The position numbers and the translations under genes are program-made. The notes below the pieces were generated by a model. It did no database searches and had not been told where the DNA came from. It worked only from the letters and a program-made list of their open reading frames with translations. Positions 46,090-56,020 of a stretch of 59,238 nt of DNA are shown here, in pieces. Position 1 is the first letter of the stretch; each line of letters starts with the position of its first letter. Source of the stretch: Pseudomonas phage 5371. The stretch lies in the sequence record PQ758388.1; one strand, given 5' to 3'.

Positions 46090-46451
46090 ACGCCATCCGC
46101 AAGTTGCAAGAAGCGTATGACGCGAGACTGCCTGACGATGACGATGACGGCGACCGCGAGTATGTCACTGAGCAAGTCGGCAAGCTTCTGAACTGCGAGG
46201 ACGGTGATTGCGTGCCGTTCCATGATCGGAAAGAAAGGCCCTTTATCGGCCCTGAGTTTACGGTCTACGGATTCGCCGGATTCGTCCCGGAGTGGCTTGC
46301 AGAGGTCGACAGCAAAGAGTGCCCGATGACTCAGCTACTCCTAGCCGTCCGCCGAGGCGACCTGGAACTGGCCCAACGCATCTGGTTCCGCGCATTCGAA
46401 GCAACGCTGATCGAGAACGCTGAACGAATGGTTAGGGAGAGACGAGTTTGA
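46086..46451 (+). CDS. hypothetical acidic protein
   Basis: ORF only. Confidence 0.35.
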   Translation: MNAIRKLQEAYDARLPDDDDDGDREYVTEQVGKLLNCEDGDCVPFHDRKERPFIGPEFTVYGFAGFVPEWLAEVDSKECPMTQLLLAVRRGDLELAQRIWFRAFEATLIENAERMVRERRV

Positions 46452-47760
46452 CTGCTCCCCTCCCTGAAGGAAGGGGATTCCCAATTCACAGAGAACTGGA
46501 CAGCGGTACTTGACCGATGCCGCTTACATTCTCTCCAAGGGCTAACACCGCCAGCCCGGCGGCTCTAATGTTGATCGCTGCGTTCACGTCGCGGTCATGT
46601 TCGGTGCCGCATTCCTGGCATGTCCAGCTACGGATATCCAAGGGTAAGCGCACAAGGGTATGGCCGCAGCAGGAACAGCGCTTCGAACTGGGATACCAGC
46701 GGTCGATGGCGACGACCTGTCGGCCAGCCCATTCACCTTTGTACTCCAATTGTCGCGCAAACTCTCCCCAGCCGACATCGGCAATGGATTTACTCAGTCT
46801 CGGATTGCGGATCATGTTCTTTACGGCTAGGGATTCGACGCAGACCACTTGGTTCTCGTTAATCAGTCTGCGGGACAGCTTGTGCAAGCGGTCCATGCGG
46901 CAGTCGGAGATTTTTGCGTGAATACGGGCCACTTTCAGCCGGGCCTTGGAGCGGTTCTTCGAGCCGAGCTTCTTCTTGCTAAGCCTACGCTGCGCCTTAG
47001 CTAGGCGAGCTGCGTATTTCGCGGTATGGCGGGGATTGCCGATCCGTTCGCCATCGCTGGTGACGAACAGGTCTTTCAGGCCCAGGTCGATACCGATCAT
47101 CTTCGGCGTGACGGGCAGAGCCTCGAACTCGAACTCGCAGAGGCAAGACACATAGTAGCGGCCTGCGGAGTCCCTCGAAACGGTGACGGTGGAAGGCTCG
47201 CTCGGAAGCGGTCTGCTCCAGCGTATATCAAGAGGAGTCCTGGACTTGGCCAGGTACAGCTTGCCGTCCCGGTAGCTGAACGCCGACCGGGTGAACTCAG
47301 CGGACTGCCGATGCTTCTTGCTTTTGTACGCAGGGTACTTCGTGCGGCCTGAAAAGAAGTTTTTGAAGGCGGACTGCTGGTGGCGAAGGCACTGCTGCAA
47401 GGGGACGCAGGAGACCTCGTTCAGCCACGGAAACTCGCCGGAGCGCTTGAGCCTGGTGAGTGCCGCGTTGGCCTCCAGATACCCGACCTTCTCCTGCCGC
47501 TGGAAGAACGCATCGGTTCGCCAGCGTAGGACATAGTTGTAGACGAAGCGCGTACAGCCGAACGTCTGAGCTAGCAATTGCGCCTGCTCAGAAGTCGGAT
47601 AGAAACGGTATTTGTACGCACGGTTAGCCATGCGTCACATTTTACCATCGTTAATGTAAAGGTAGTCACGACGAAACGGAGGAGGCGGGAACAGGGGCGC
47701 TCTGCGAGCGCCGTGCTATCCCTACCCCGCACTAGAAGTACGGGGTTTCCCGCGAAAACT
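46452..47760. mobile_element. IS200/IS605-family insertion sequence carrying tnpB only, with subterminal hairpins
   Basis: RE hairpin CCCTTCC/GGAAGGG near 46455-46473; LE hairpin CCCCG-CAC-TAGAA-GTA-CGGGG near 47717-47740; no tnpA. Confidence 0.55.
46486..47631 (-). CDS. tnpB: TnpB (OrfB) RuvC-like RNA-guided endonuclease, IS605 family
   Basis: MANRAYKYRFYPTSEQAQLLAQTFGCTRFVYN... with C-terminal zinc finger CSCCGHTLV...CQECGTEHDRDVNAAINI. Confidence 0.8.
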   Translation of the reverse strand: MANRAYKYRFYPTSEQAQLLAQTFGCTRFVYNYVLRWRTDAFFQRQEKVGYLEANAALTRLKRSGEFPWLNEVSCVPLQQCLRHQQSAFKNFFSGRTKYPAYKSKKHRQSAEFTRSAFSYRDGKLYLAKSRTPLDIRWSRPLPSEPSTVTVSRDSAGRYYVSCLCEFEFEALPVTPKMIGIDLGLKDLFVTSDGERIGNPRHTAKYAARLAKAQRRLSKKKLGSKNRSKARLKVARIHAKISDCRMDRLHKLSRRLINENQVVCVESLAVKNMIRNPRLSKSIADVGWGEFARQLEYKGEWAGRQVVAIDRWYPSSKRCSCCGHTLVRLPLDIRSWTCQECGTEHDRDVNAAINIRAAGLAVLALGENVSGIGQVPLSSSL

Positions 47761-47761
47761 G

Positions 47762-48274
47762 ATGAGCATTGACTGGAACACGGCACCGGAGGGTGCGACT
47801 CATTGGGAGCCAACAGGACCTGATTTCTATGAAGGATGGATGAAGAAAGAAGGGACTGACTGGTTTTATTGGAGCGAATCAGGACACAAATGGATAAACG
47901 GGATTTTGACCTGCGATGTGTCCGCAGATCGTGAGGCGACATTCGAGGCTAGACCGCAAGAGGCCTGGGACGGCCATGGCCTGCCGCCAACCGGCCTGCT
48001 GGTGGAATGGAAAGCCGGCTTGGATCACGAGTGGAGGCGCGTAACCGTGCTGGCCTACGCCAATGGCGATGCGTGGTTACAGCCCGAGGACGGCGACTCA
48101 TTCATCGTCGGAAACCCGGCAAACTTCAGGCGCATCCGCACTCCCGAGCAGATCGCCGCCGAGGAGCGGGAGAAGGCGATTGAAGAAATGTGCTTCGCAG
48201 AAGAGACGCTAACCGTCAAGCAAGCCAAAGCACTCTACGACGCCGGCTATCGCCGCCAGGAGTCATCCACATGA
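47762..48274 (+). CDS. hypothetical protein
   Basis: ORF starting immediately after the IS end. Confidence 0.4.
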   Translation: MSIDWNTAPEGATHWEPTGPDFYEGWMKKEGTDWFYWSESGHKWINGILTCDVSADREATFEARPQEAWDGHGLPPTGLLVEWKAGLDHEWRRVTVLAYANGDAWLQPEDGDSFIVGNPANFRRIRTPEQIAAEEREKAIEEMCFAEETLTVKQAKALYDAGYRRQESST

Positions 48275-48380
48275 CCATCACCATCGACCTGACCAAGGCC
48301 GCCAAGACAACGTTCTTCGCGGCCTTTTTCTTGGGCAGCATCCTGGCCTTCGCAGTGGCGTTTGTTGAGGTGGCGGGGCT

Positions 48381-49316
48381 ATGAAGCTGACGACGACCGC
48401 CTACTACAACGAAATCGACCCATATGCCGCTCAGTGGCTTCGAAACCTGATCGCCGCCGGCCACATAGCGCCTGGCGACGTCGACGAACGATCGATCGAG
48501 GATGTTCACCCAGATGACCTCAAGCACTACACACAATGCCACTTCTTCGCGGGAATCGGCGTCTGGTCGCTCGCCCTTCGCCGCGCCGGCTGGCCAGATG
48601 ATCGACCTGTTTGGACCGGTTCCTGTCCTTGCCAACCTTTCTCCTCGGCAGGCGAAGGAGCTGGGCTTGATGACCCGCGTCATCTCTGGCCACATTTTGC
48701 CTGGCTCATCCGCCAGCGCCGCCCTGGAGAAGTCCTTGGTGAGCAGGTTGCAAGCAAGGACGCGGAGCCTTGGCTCGACCTTGTACAAGCTGACCTGGAA
48801 GCCATGGAATATGCCTTCGGGGCTATCGCGTTTCCGTCTGCGGGCATCGGTGCCCCGCACATCCGTGACCGCACGTATTGGGTGGCCAACGCCATGCGCC
48901 CGAGATTATTTCCCGGCTCACTCTCCGGAATATATCGCGGCGAAGAAAGCCCAGGGTCACGGGATGGCGAACCTGAACGACCTGGCGCAATTGGCGGGAT
49001 GGCCAACACCATCATGCCAGAACGATCGGACGGGCAATCCGGAATCGGCTTTGTCGATGACCCGCAAGGACGGCTCGAAGGTGCAGCAACGTCTGCAGGA
49101 CTTCGCAGCGATTGCAGCCCCGGCCCGGTTAACGGCCTGTGGGCAGATGCTGACTGGCTCCTCTGCCGGGATGGCAAGTGGCGGCCAGTTGAACCCGGCG
49201 CATTCCCGCTGGCTCATGGGGCTCCCTCCCGAGTGGGACGACTGCGCGCCTACGGAAACGCCATCAATGCTGAAGCGGCGACGCAGTTCATAGCCGCTTA
49301 CATGGAGGCAGCATGA
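48381..49316 (+). CDS. DNA (cytosine-5)-methyltransferase, orphan
   Basis: Motif I HFFAGIGVWS, motif IV GSCPCQPFSSAG, motif VIII-like HIRDRTYWV. Confidence 0.7.
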   Translation: MKLTTTAYYNEIDPYAAQWLRNLIAAGHIAPGDVDERSIEDVHPDDLKHYTQCHFFAGIGVWSLALRRAGWPDDRPVWTGSCPCQPFSSAGEGAGLDDPRHLWPHFAWLIRQRRPGEVLGEQVASKDAEPWLDLVQADLEAMEYAFGAIAFPSAGIGAPHIRDRTYWVANAMRPRLFPGSLSGIYRGEESPGSRDGEPERPGAIGGMANTIMPERSDGQSGIGFVDDPQGRLEGAATSAGLRSDCSPGPVNGLWADADWLLCRDGKWRPVEPGAFPLAHGAPSRVGRLRAYGNAINAEAATQFIAAYMEAA

Positions 49317-49450
49317 ACACCAGACGCACAGCAATCTGGCTAGGCAGCCTCTTCGCAGGACTTCTGTACCTCTTCATTCTCGCAGCCGGCCCGATCTGGG
49401 GCGGCATCATCACCGCAGAAGCTACGCACCTGTCCGCAGCAGGCCGGTAA
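49313..49450 (+). CDS. 45-aa membrane peptide overlapping the methyltransferase stop (ATGA), not in the ORF track
   Basis: MNTRRTAIWLGSLFAGLLYLFILAAGPIWGGIITAEATHLSAAGR. Confidence 0.2.
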   Translation: MNTRRTAIWLGSLFAGLLYLFILAAGPIWGGIITAEATHLSAAGR

Positions 49451-49573
49451 TCCGGATAACTGCGGCTTCTAGCGCAACGCTATTCATCCCGCAGGGGTGA
49501 CGCTGCCGAGTGGCGCCGTAAGCGCCTTTCCCCTTCCCTTTCAATCTCTGCCCTCGGGCGGATCGGAGAAAAC

Positions 49574-50638
49574 ATGTCTGCTGAAATGCAACTGGCCGCC
49601 GTGCCGCCCAAAGAAACCGCCCTGCAGGTCTACTCCACCGAGAATGGCTTGGAGCCGTATCTGCAAATCATCAAGGCCGAGATCGATTCGTTCGTGCCGG
49701 ATGTGAGCACCCGCAAGGGCCGTGAAGCTATCGCCTCCATCGCCTACAAGGTGGCCCGATCGAAGACAGCCCTGGATAACGCCGGCAAGGAACTGGTCGC
49801 CGAGCTGAAAGAAGTCCCGAAGAAGATCGACGCCGAGCGGAAGCGGATGCGCGATCTGCTCGACGCCTGGCAGGCCGATGTGCGCCGGCCGCTGACGGAG
49901 TGGGAGCAGCGCGAGGAAATGCGCAAGGCCAAACACCAGGCTGGCATTGATCAGATCAACCTGCGCCTGGAATGCCGCGACCTAGATTCGACCGAGTTGA
50001 AGGCCAACATTGAGTGGCTGGAAGGCCTCTCCATTGGCGCAGACTGGGAAGAGTTCGAAACCGAGGCCGCCCGCACCAAGGATAAGGCCCTGGCCGCGCT
50101 GCGCGAAGCCCTCGTTGCACGCGATAAGTATGAAGCCGAGCAGGCCGAACTGGAACTCCTGCGCGCCGAAGCAGCAGCACGCGAGCAGAAAGAGCGCGAG
50201 GAGCGCATTGCCCGCGAAGCAGCAGAGCAGGCACGGCGTCAGGAAGAGGCCAAGGCCCAGGCAGAACGCGACGCCGCAGTACGCCGTGAAGCCGAAGCAC
50301 AGGCCGCAGCAGAGCGCCGCGAACTTGAACTTAAGCTTGCCGCCGAGCGCGCCGAACGCGAAGCCATTGAAGCCAAGCAGCGCGCAGAACAAGCAGAGCG
50401 TGATGCGCAACGTCGCGCTGAAGAAGCCGCAGCGGCAGAACGCAAACGGCAGGCCGATGAGCAGGCCCGCATCGAACGCGAGGCTGCTGCACGCGAAGCC
50501 GACAAGGCGCACAAGAAAGCCATCAACAACGAGGCGTTGGCGGCTCTTATCGCCGGCGGCATGCCCGAGGAATGCGCCAAGCAGGCGATCACCCTGATCG
50601 CTCAGCGCAAGGTTCCTCACATCACGATCAACTATTGA
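49574..50638 (+). CDS. recombination-module protein with long charged coiled coil (possibly DUF1351-like)
   Basis: 354 aa, Glu/Ala/Arg-rich heptads, immediately upstream of recT. Confidence 0.4.
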   Translation: MSAEMQLAAVPPKETALQVYSTENGLEPYLQIIKAEIDSFVPDVSTRKGREAIASIAYKVARSKTALDNAGKELVAELKEVPKKIDAERKRMRDLLDAWQADVRRPLTEWEQREEMRKAKHQAGIDQINLRLECRDLDSTELKANIEWLEGLSIGADWEEFETEAARTKDKALAALREALVARDKYEAEQAELELLRAEAAAREQKEREERIAREAAEQARRQEEAKAQAERDAAVRREAEAQAAAERRELELKLAAERAEREAIEAKQRAEQAERDAQRRAEEAAAAERKRQADEQARIEREAAAREADKAHKKAINNEALAALIAGGMPEECAKQAITLIAQRKVPHITINY

Positions 50639-50645
50639 GGTTCAC

Positions 50646-51392
50646 ATGGGAACTGCACTAACACCGCTCCTGACGAAGTTCGCCACGCGCTACGAGATGG
50701 GTACCACGCCTGAAGAAGTGGCGAACACGCTCAAGCAGACCTGTTTCAAGGGCCAGGTCAATGATTCGCAGATGGTCGCCCTGCTGATCGTGGCAGACCA
50801 GTACAAGCTGAACCCCTTCACCAAGGAGTTGTACGCATTCCCCGACAAGAACAACGGCATCGTGCCGGTTGTTGGTGTGGATGGCTGGGCTCGGATCATC
50901 AACGAGAACCCACAGTTCGATGGCATGGAATTCTCAATGGACCAGCAGGGCACCGAATGCACCTGCAAGATCTATCGGAAGGACCGCAGCCATGCCATCA
51001 GCGCGACTGAGTACATGGCCGAGTGCAAGCGGAACACCCAGCCTTGGCAGTCCCATCCGCGCCGGATGCTTCGCCACAAGGCAATGATCCAGTGCGCACG
51101 CCTCGCGTTCGGGTTCGCCGGCATATACGACCAGGACGAGGCCGAGCGGATCGTTGAACGAGACGTCACTCCCGCAGAACAGTACGAGGACGTCAGCGAG
51201 GCGGTCTGCCTGATCAAGGACTCCCCAACAATGGAAGACTTGCAGGCAGCATTCAGCAATGCCTGGAAAGCCTACAAGACAAAGGGCGCGCGCGACCAGC
51301 TTACGGCGGCCAAGGACCAGCGGAAGAAAGAACTTCTGGAGGCACCTATCGACGTTGAATTCGAGGAGACCGGCGATGATCGAGCAGCGTAG
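50646..51392 (+). CDS. recT: RecT-family single-strand annealing protein
   Basis: VVGVDGWARIIN...RRMLRHKAMIQCARLAFGFAGIYD. Confidence 0.8.
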   Translation: MGTALTPLLTKFATRYEMGTTPEEVANTLKQTCFKGQVNDSQMVALLIVADQYKLNPFTKELYAFPDKNNGIVPVVGVDGWARIINENPQFDGMEFSMDQQGTECTCKIYRKDRSHAISATEYMAECKRNTQPWQSHPRRMLRHKAMIQCARLAFGFAGIYDQDEAERIVERDVTPAEQYEDVSEAVCLIKDSPTMEDLQAAFSNAWKAYKTKGARDQLTAAKDQRKKELLEAPIDVEFEETGDDRAA

Positions 51393-52002
51393 TGATGAAT
51401 GGTTCGCACAGCGCCTGGGGCGGGTGACTGCCAGCAAGGTCAAGGATGTGATGGCAAAGGGGCGCAGTGGAGCCCCTTCTGCTACCCGCCAGAACTACAT
51501 GATGCAGCTCCTGTGCGAGCGCTTGACCGGCAAGCGCGAGGAAGGATTCACCAGCGCCGCAATGCAGCGTGGTACCGACCTGGAGCCGATTGCTCGCTCG
51601 GCCTACGAGTTCAATGCAGGCGTAATGACGATCGAAACAGGCCTGATCATCCATCCGCGAATCGATGGATTTGCCGCGTCGCCAGATGGCCTCGCGGGGG
51701 AGCATGGGCTCGTCGAGATTAAATGCCCGTCTACCGCAACCCACATCTACACGATGCAGTCGGGCAAGCACGACCCACAGTACGAGTGGCAGATGCTCGC
51801 CCAAATGTCATGCAGCGGCCGCGAGTGGGTCGACTTTGTGAGCTTCGACGACCGTCTGCCTGATGAATTGCAGTACGTGTGCTTCCGCTATCACCGCGAC
51901 GAGGCACGCATCCGCGAGATGGAGGCTGAGGTTATGGCGTTCCTGGAAGAGTTGGCAGAGCTTGAACATCAGATGCGAGAGCGCATGAGGAAAACAGCAT
52001 GA
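51376..52002 (+). CDS. YqaJ-like (lambda Exo-type PD-(D/E)XK) alkaline exonuclease
   Basis: MIEQRSDEWFAQRLGRVTASK...EIKCP; overlaps the recT stop. Confidence 0.7.
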   Translation: MIEQRSDEWFAQRLGRVTASKVKDVMAKGRSGAPSATRQNYMMQLLCERLTGKREEGFTSAAMQRGTDLEPIARSAYEFNAGVMTIETGLIIHPRIDGFAASPDGLAGEHGLVEIKCPSTATHIYTMQSGKHDPQYEWQMLAQMSCSGREWVDFVSFDDRLPDELQYVCFRYHRDEARIREMEAEVMAFLEELAELEHQMRERMRKTA

Positions 52003-52334
52003 GAACCGTACTCAAAGCCACATGCGGCAAACATTCCAAGGAAATCCCGGTTGAGCTGATCACCCACTTCGTCGCCGAGGATAAGTACGTCATCGCGTAC
52101 TACCGGGAAGGCTTTCTGGTTCTGAGCGATGCGCTCAAGAACCTGGAAACAGAGTTCTCCGCCGAGTTCATCCGCACCCACCGTAAGGCCCTGGTTCGCC
52201 GGTCTCTGATCAGCATGTTCAAGCGCCGGCCTGACGACACCCAGGCCGGCGAAGTGCTGCTGCTCGGAACCGAGAACTGGATTCCAGTCAGCCGCAGCCA
52301 TTCGGCGCAGATCAAGTCGGCGATGGGTGCATGA
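51999..52334 (+). CDS. standalone LytTR-domain DNA-binding protein
   Basis: EIPVELITHFVAEDKYVIAYY...FIRTHRKALVRRSLI. Confidence 0.45.
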   Translation: MRTVLKATCGKHSKEIPVELITHFVAEDKYVIAYYREGFLVLSDALKNLETEFSAEFIRTHRKALVRRSLISMFKRRPDDTQAGEVLLLGTENWIPVSRSHSAQIKSAMGA

Positions 52335-52521
52335 GGGCCATGTCATGTACATCAAGAAAGACGTCATCGAGGTCATCAAGTACGCGGCGATGATGGCGGC
52401 CTGCTCTCGCCAGTCCTGGGGAATCTACCCCATGAACCAGGGCTACAAGGCCATGCCCTTCCGTGGCGACTATCACCGCGTCGTCGAAGTCTGCCATCCC
52501 TGACCCAACAGGAATAACCAC

Positions 52522-52725
52522 ATGCACCAGCTAACAGCGAATCACCGCCCCGGCGGTGTGACGGTCACCGGCTGGCCTGAAGAAAGCCAGCTCATGACCC
52601 CAGACGACATTCTGCTATTCGCGAGAGCGGTGAGGCAGATAGCGATCAACCAAGCCCAGGGCGCCGAGGGTGTTCTGGTCTACCCGGAGGTGGGTGATGG
52701 AAGTCAAGGCGAAGACCAAGCGTGA
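52522..52725 (+). CDS. hypothetical small protein
   Basis: ORF only. Confidence 0.3.
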   Translation: MHQLTANHRPGGVTVTGWPEESQLMTPDDILLFARAVRQIAINQAQGAEGVLVYPEVGDGSQGEDQA

Positions 52726-52867
52726 CCCCGGCCTGCGCACGGCGGTGCTCCTTCTGAAGCGCGCAAACCGCTACGTCGGAGTCCACAACAGCATTGGCGC
52801 CATGGACCTCAGCACAGAGATTGTCGAATTCATCGCCGCTATTGAGCGGCAGGAGAAGGGATTGTGA
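52697..52867 (+). CDS. hypothetical small protein; start at MEVKAK
   Basis: ORF only. Confidence 0.25.
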   Translation: MEVKAKTKRDPGLRTAVLLLKRANRYVGVHNSIGAMDLSTEIVEFIAAIERQEKGL

Positions 52868-54063
52868 GCAAGGAACTGAACAAGGCACCGGTAGAGCAGG
52901 CAGGCGGGGATGAGCGGGTAGTTGATGGAAAGCCCCGCGCGACCAAATGCCCTGATTGCGGCGAAGGCGATCTGATGCCCGGCGACCTTTGCGCCTGCGG
53001 GTATGAAACCGATCCGGCAGCCGGTTACGCATGTTCCGAATGTGACGGCTCAGGCGAAGGTTGTGTCGGAGAGGTCTGCCGCGAATGCGACGGCAGTGGC
53101 TGGTTCGTAACCCCGGAGCAAGCCCGCGCCGCCCTGGCGCAACCCTCCCCGGCACAGGCCGAGCAGCACTGGCCAAAGCTGGAAAAGCCTGTCCAGGTCG
53201 GAGCCATTCGCTTCCACGCCGGGCTTTCATCTCGCCTCGTAGTCGAAGCCGCCCAGCGGCTGTACGAGTTCGAGTCCACTCCTGAGAAAGAGGCGGAGCG
53301 CATCGAGCGGCTCCAGGCGTTTCGCGAACAGTGCTTCGAACCGCTTGGCACGGAGTTCTCGAAGGTGCTGAGCGACAACCTGCCGGACCTGCTGTCCACG
53401 GCCCAGGCCGAGCGGCCGGAGTTCGACGAATCCGAACGCGAAGATATGGCCCGCATAGCCTTCGAAACGGCGATGGCGAACGGAATCAGCCTTGATTCAT
53501 TCACCTTCCTGTCGAACTCGCTGGCCGAACGGTACGAGCGCATCGTCGGGGAGCTGCGGGCGGATCGCGATTCGTGGGCAGAGCAGGTAGAGCAGCGCCT
53601 CGCGGACTGGGATGAAATGCGTAAAGAGCGCGACGCCGCCCTGGCCAAGATCGCGGAACTGGATCAAGCGCTCGCCGAGAAAGACCCGTTCGGCGCGAAA
53701 CTCAACCGCATTTCCGAAAAGCTGGAGCGTTGCGATGCACTGCTCGCAGCTCGGGCCGCCCAGGCTGGGCAGGTGCCACAGGCCTGGCTCGACGTGCAGG
53801 CAGAGCGCCGCCGGCAGATCACCGCCGAGGGATGGACGCCGGAGCACGACGACCTCTATTGCGCCGCCGAACTTCCGCGCGCCGCAGCAGCGTACATCCT
53901 CAACGGAGCTAACGACGAGGCTCCGGCTATCTGGTCGTTCTCGGCGAAGTGGTGGAAGCCGAGAGACGCGCGCTCCAACTACGTGCGTGCCGGCGCCTTG
54001 ATCCTGGCCGAGATCGAGCGCCTGGACCGCGCCGCGCCCGGCAAGGAGGTAGGTCATGAGTGA
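52864..54063 (+). CDS. hypothetical protein with N-terminal tandem zinc-ribbon motifs
   Basis: CPDCGEGDL..CACGY...CSECDGSGEGCVGEVCRECDGSG. Confidence 0.45.
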   Translation: MSKELNKAPVEQAGGDERVVDGKPRATKCPDCGEGDLMPGDLCACGYETDPAAGYACSECDGSGEGCVGEVCRECDGSGWFVTPEQARAALAQPSPAQAEQHWPKLEKPVQVGAIRFHAGLSSRLVVEAAQRLYEFESTPEKEAERIERLQAFREQCFEPLGTEFSKVLSDNLPDLLSTAQAERPEFDESEREDMARIAFETAMANGISLDSFTFLSNSLAERYERIVGELRADRDSWAEQVEQRLADWDEMRKERDAALAKIAELDQALAEKDPFGAKLNRISEKLERCDALLAARAAQAGQVPQAWLDVQAERRRQITAEGWTPEHDDLYCAAELPRAAAAYILNGANDEAPAIWSFSAKWWKPRDARSNYVRAGALILAEIERLDRAAPGKEVGHE

Positions 54064-54499
54064 GGTCCACCGCTTTTCCGTAGTGAAGATGCTTTCCGAG
54101 GCGGGCAACAAGATTAGCTACGAACCTCACGGCCCTGAAATTGTGATGGCGAAGGATTACGACGCCCTCGCCGCCGAGGCCCAGGCGCTAAGGGAGGAAG
54201 TCGCAGCACTGCGCGCAAGGGTGGTGGTTGTGCCGGAGCGAAAACTCCTAAATGCCGGAGTCCCAGGGCTGAATCGTAATAGCGGCTGGAACGCCTGCCT
54301 CGACGAACTGGCGCGCCTCAACGGTATGACGGTCAGCGTTTCCGCGCTTGATACCCTGCGAAAGGCCGCGTTAGGAGAGGTCCAGCACCTGAACAACGGA
54401 CTGTGCCCTGATGCCTTTGAGGGGCACGAAGCACGCGATCCGGACTGCCCGGTATGCCGGGCGCTGATCGAGACGGGAAAGGAGAGCGACAATGTCTGA
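54056..54499 (+). CDS. hypothetical protein
   Basis: ORF only. Confidence 0.35.
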   Translation: MSEVHRFSVVKMLSEAGNKISYEPHGPEIVMAKDYDALAAEAQALREEVAALRARVVVVPERKLLNAGVPGLNRNSGWNACLDELARLNGMTVSVSALDTLRKAALGEVQHLNNGLCPDAFEGHEARDPDCPVCRALIETGKESDNV

Positions 54500-54788
54500 A
54501 CTAAAACCGTGCCCGTTCTGCGGATGCTCGATGCACCTAGAGAGCAACCGCGACTGGCATAGGATCGTAGGCGATCACGCTTTAGAGTGCGCCTTCACGG
54601 ACAGCGAAACAGTGGTGGTGCCGGCAACAAAAGAGCAGCGTGATATTGCTGTCTCCGACTGGAACACCAGAGCCGTCCCCGCGGACCATGTGGTGGTTCA
54701 GCGGGAGTTGCTGGAGCGCCTGTACAGCAGCGATACCGCAACGGCACTGATGGCAGCGGCAGAACTAAGATCCCTACTCAATCCCTAG
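54492..54788 (+). CDS. Lar-family restriction-alleviation-like protein
   Basis: N-terminal MSELKPCPFCGCS...H...C signature. Confidence 0.4.
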   Translation: MSELKPCPFCGCSMHLESNRDWHRIVGDHALECAFTDSETVVVPATKEQRDIAVSDWNTRAVPADHVVVQRELLERLYSSDTATALMAAAELRSLLNP

Positions 54789-54924
54789 CTCTTCCCCTTA
54801 ACCACCACCATCGACCAGGCTGAAACCCGCATTCCTGCTGGGTTTCAGCACAAAAACTGGACGATTTTGGCCCACTAGCCCGCCACCCCAAACCAACGCA
54901 TCCGACCCCCGGAGGACCAACCGT

Positions 54925-55104
54925 ATGGAAGGTATTCGCATGTCTCAATTTCGTCCATGCCCAGCCTGCCGAGGTTACGACCTTGAGCGTCGCTGGTGCC
55001 ACGTTTGCGATGGTCGCGGCGTCGTTGACGTCGAGGCTCAACAGAAGGAACGCGCAGAGATGGTGAAGCTGCTGCGCGCAGCCGGCATTGAAGTGAGGGA
55101 CTGA
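54925..55104 (+). CDS. 59-aa zinc-ribbon protein, not in the ORF track
   Basis: GGAGG RBS; CPACRGY...CHVCDGRG. Confidence 0.35.
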   Translation: MEGIRMSQFRPCPACRGYDLERRWCHVCDGRGVVDVEAQQKERAEMVKLLRAAGIEVRD

Positions 55105-55106
55105 CC

Positions 55107-55550
55107 GTGCCTGACATTCAAGCAACCTACATCGAAGTAAGCGCCGAAGTGCGCTACTGGGAAGACTCCAAGATCAATGGAGTGGAAGACGAGAATGGCA
55201 CCCTTACTCCGTTCCGCAGTGGAGACCTCTGGTGCCCGGTGATCCGCCTGGAAGACGGCACGGTGATGGATTGGCCGGCCGGCATGGTCGCTGACTTTCA
55301 CTTCAAGGTCTGCGACGCCGGGCAGTACTGGCTACTGGATGACAGCCGAAAACGCGTAGCGCAGTGGGCTGGCTATTACGTCCCGGATGAATTCCTTTGC
55401 CCGACCGAGAACGGTTATGGGGACTACATCATCTTCAAAGTCGGCGCCGATGGTTTGATTACCGGGTGGCGCAAACCAGAGATCGAATGGGGCGGCCGCG
55501 AAGATGATCAGGAAGGATGGAAGCGCCTTAAGGAGAACGACCGTGCCTGA
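55107..55550 (+). CDS. hypothetical protein
   Basis: ORF only. Confidence 0.35.
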   Translation: MPDIQATYIEVSAEVRYWEDSKINGVEDENGTLTPFRSGDLWCPVIRLEDGTVMDWPAGMVADFHFKVCDAGQYWLLDDSRKRVAQWAGYYVPDEFLCPTENGYGDYIIFKVGADGLITGWRKPEIEWGGREDDQEGWKRLKENDRA

Positions 55551-55551
55551 C

Positions 55552-55824
55552 ATGAGAGAAGAGTTTGAAGCGTGGGCTACCAAGCACCGTATGCCGATTC
55601 ATCGCGACGGTGTTGTCACCGACTATGCAGCCAGATGCACAGATGAATGCTGGCAAGCCTGGAAAGCCAGCCGCGCGGCTCTGAGGGTGGAGCTGCCGGA
55701 GCGTCGCGATCCGTTGAACTGGACCGGAGACGATGAGAACCCAAGATCTGCCGGCTTCAACGACTGCCTTGAGCGAGTGACCGAAGCCCTCCAGCAAGCC
55801 GGAATCGAGGTGAAGCATGGCTGA
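55552..55824 (+). CDS. hypothetical protein; start at MREEFEAW
   Basis: ORF only. Confidence 0.3.
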   Translation: MREEFEAWATKHRMPIHRDGVVTDYAARCTDECWQAWKASRAALRVELPERRDPLNWTGDDENPRSAGFNDCLERVTEALQQAGIEVKHG

Positions 55825-56020
55825 CCATCCTATCGACGACAGAGTGCTCGAGCATCTCCGCAAAATTCAGGGCTCTACTGCATGGGCTATGCGTCACGCC
55901 ATCGGCGAAGACAGGCCGACCATCAGCAAGGCTTTGAATAGGCTAAAGCGCAAGGGCCTCGTTGAATGCAACGGCACACCCTACTGGGTAGCAACTGGAC
56001 TTCGAGGTACGCACGCATGA
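55817..56020 (+). CDS. small winged-helix DNA-binding protein
   Basis: LEHLRKIQGSTAWAMRHAIGEDRPTISKALNRLKRKGLVE. Confidence 0.35.
   Translation: MADHPIDDRVLEHLRKIQGSTAWAMRHAIGEDRPTISKALNRLKRKGLVECNGTPYWVATGLRGTHA

Noticed and set aside
49982-50620. 212-aa minus-strand ORF opposite the coiled-coil gene
   Set aside because: Antisense of an Ala/Glu/Arg-rich repeat region gives long open frames by composition alone.
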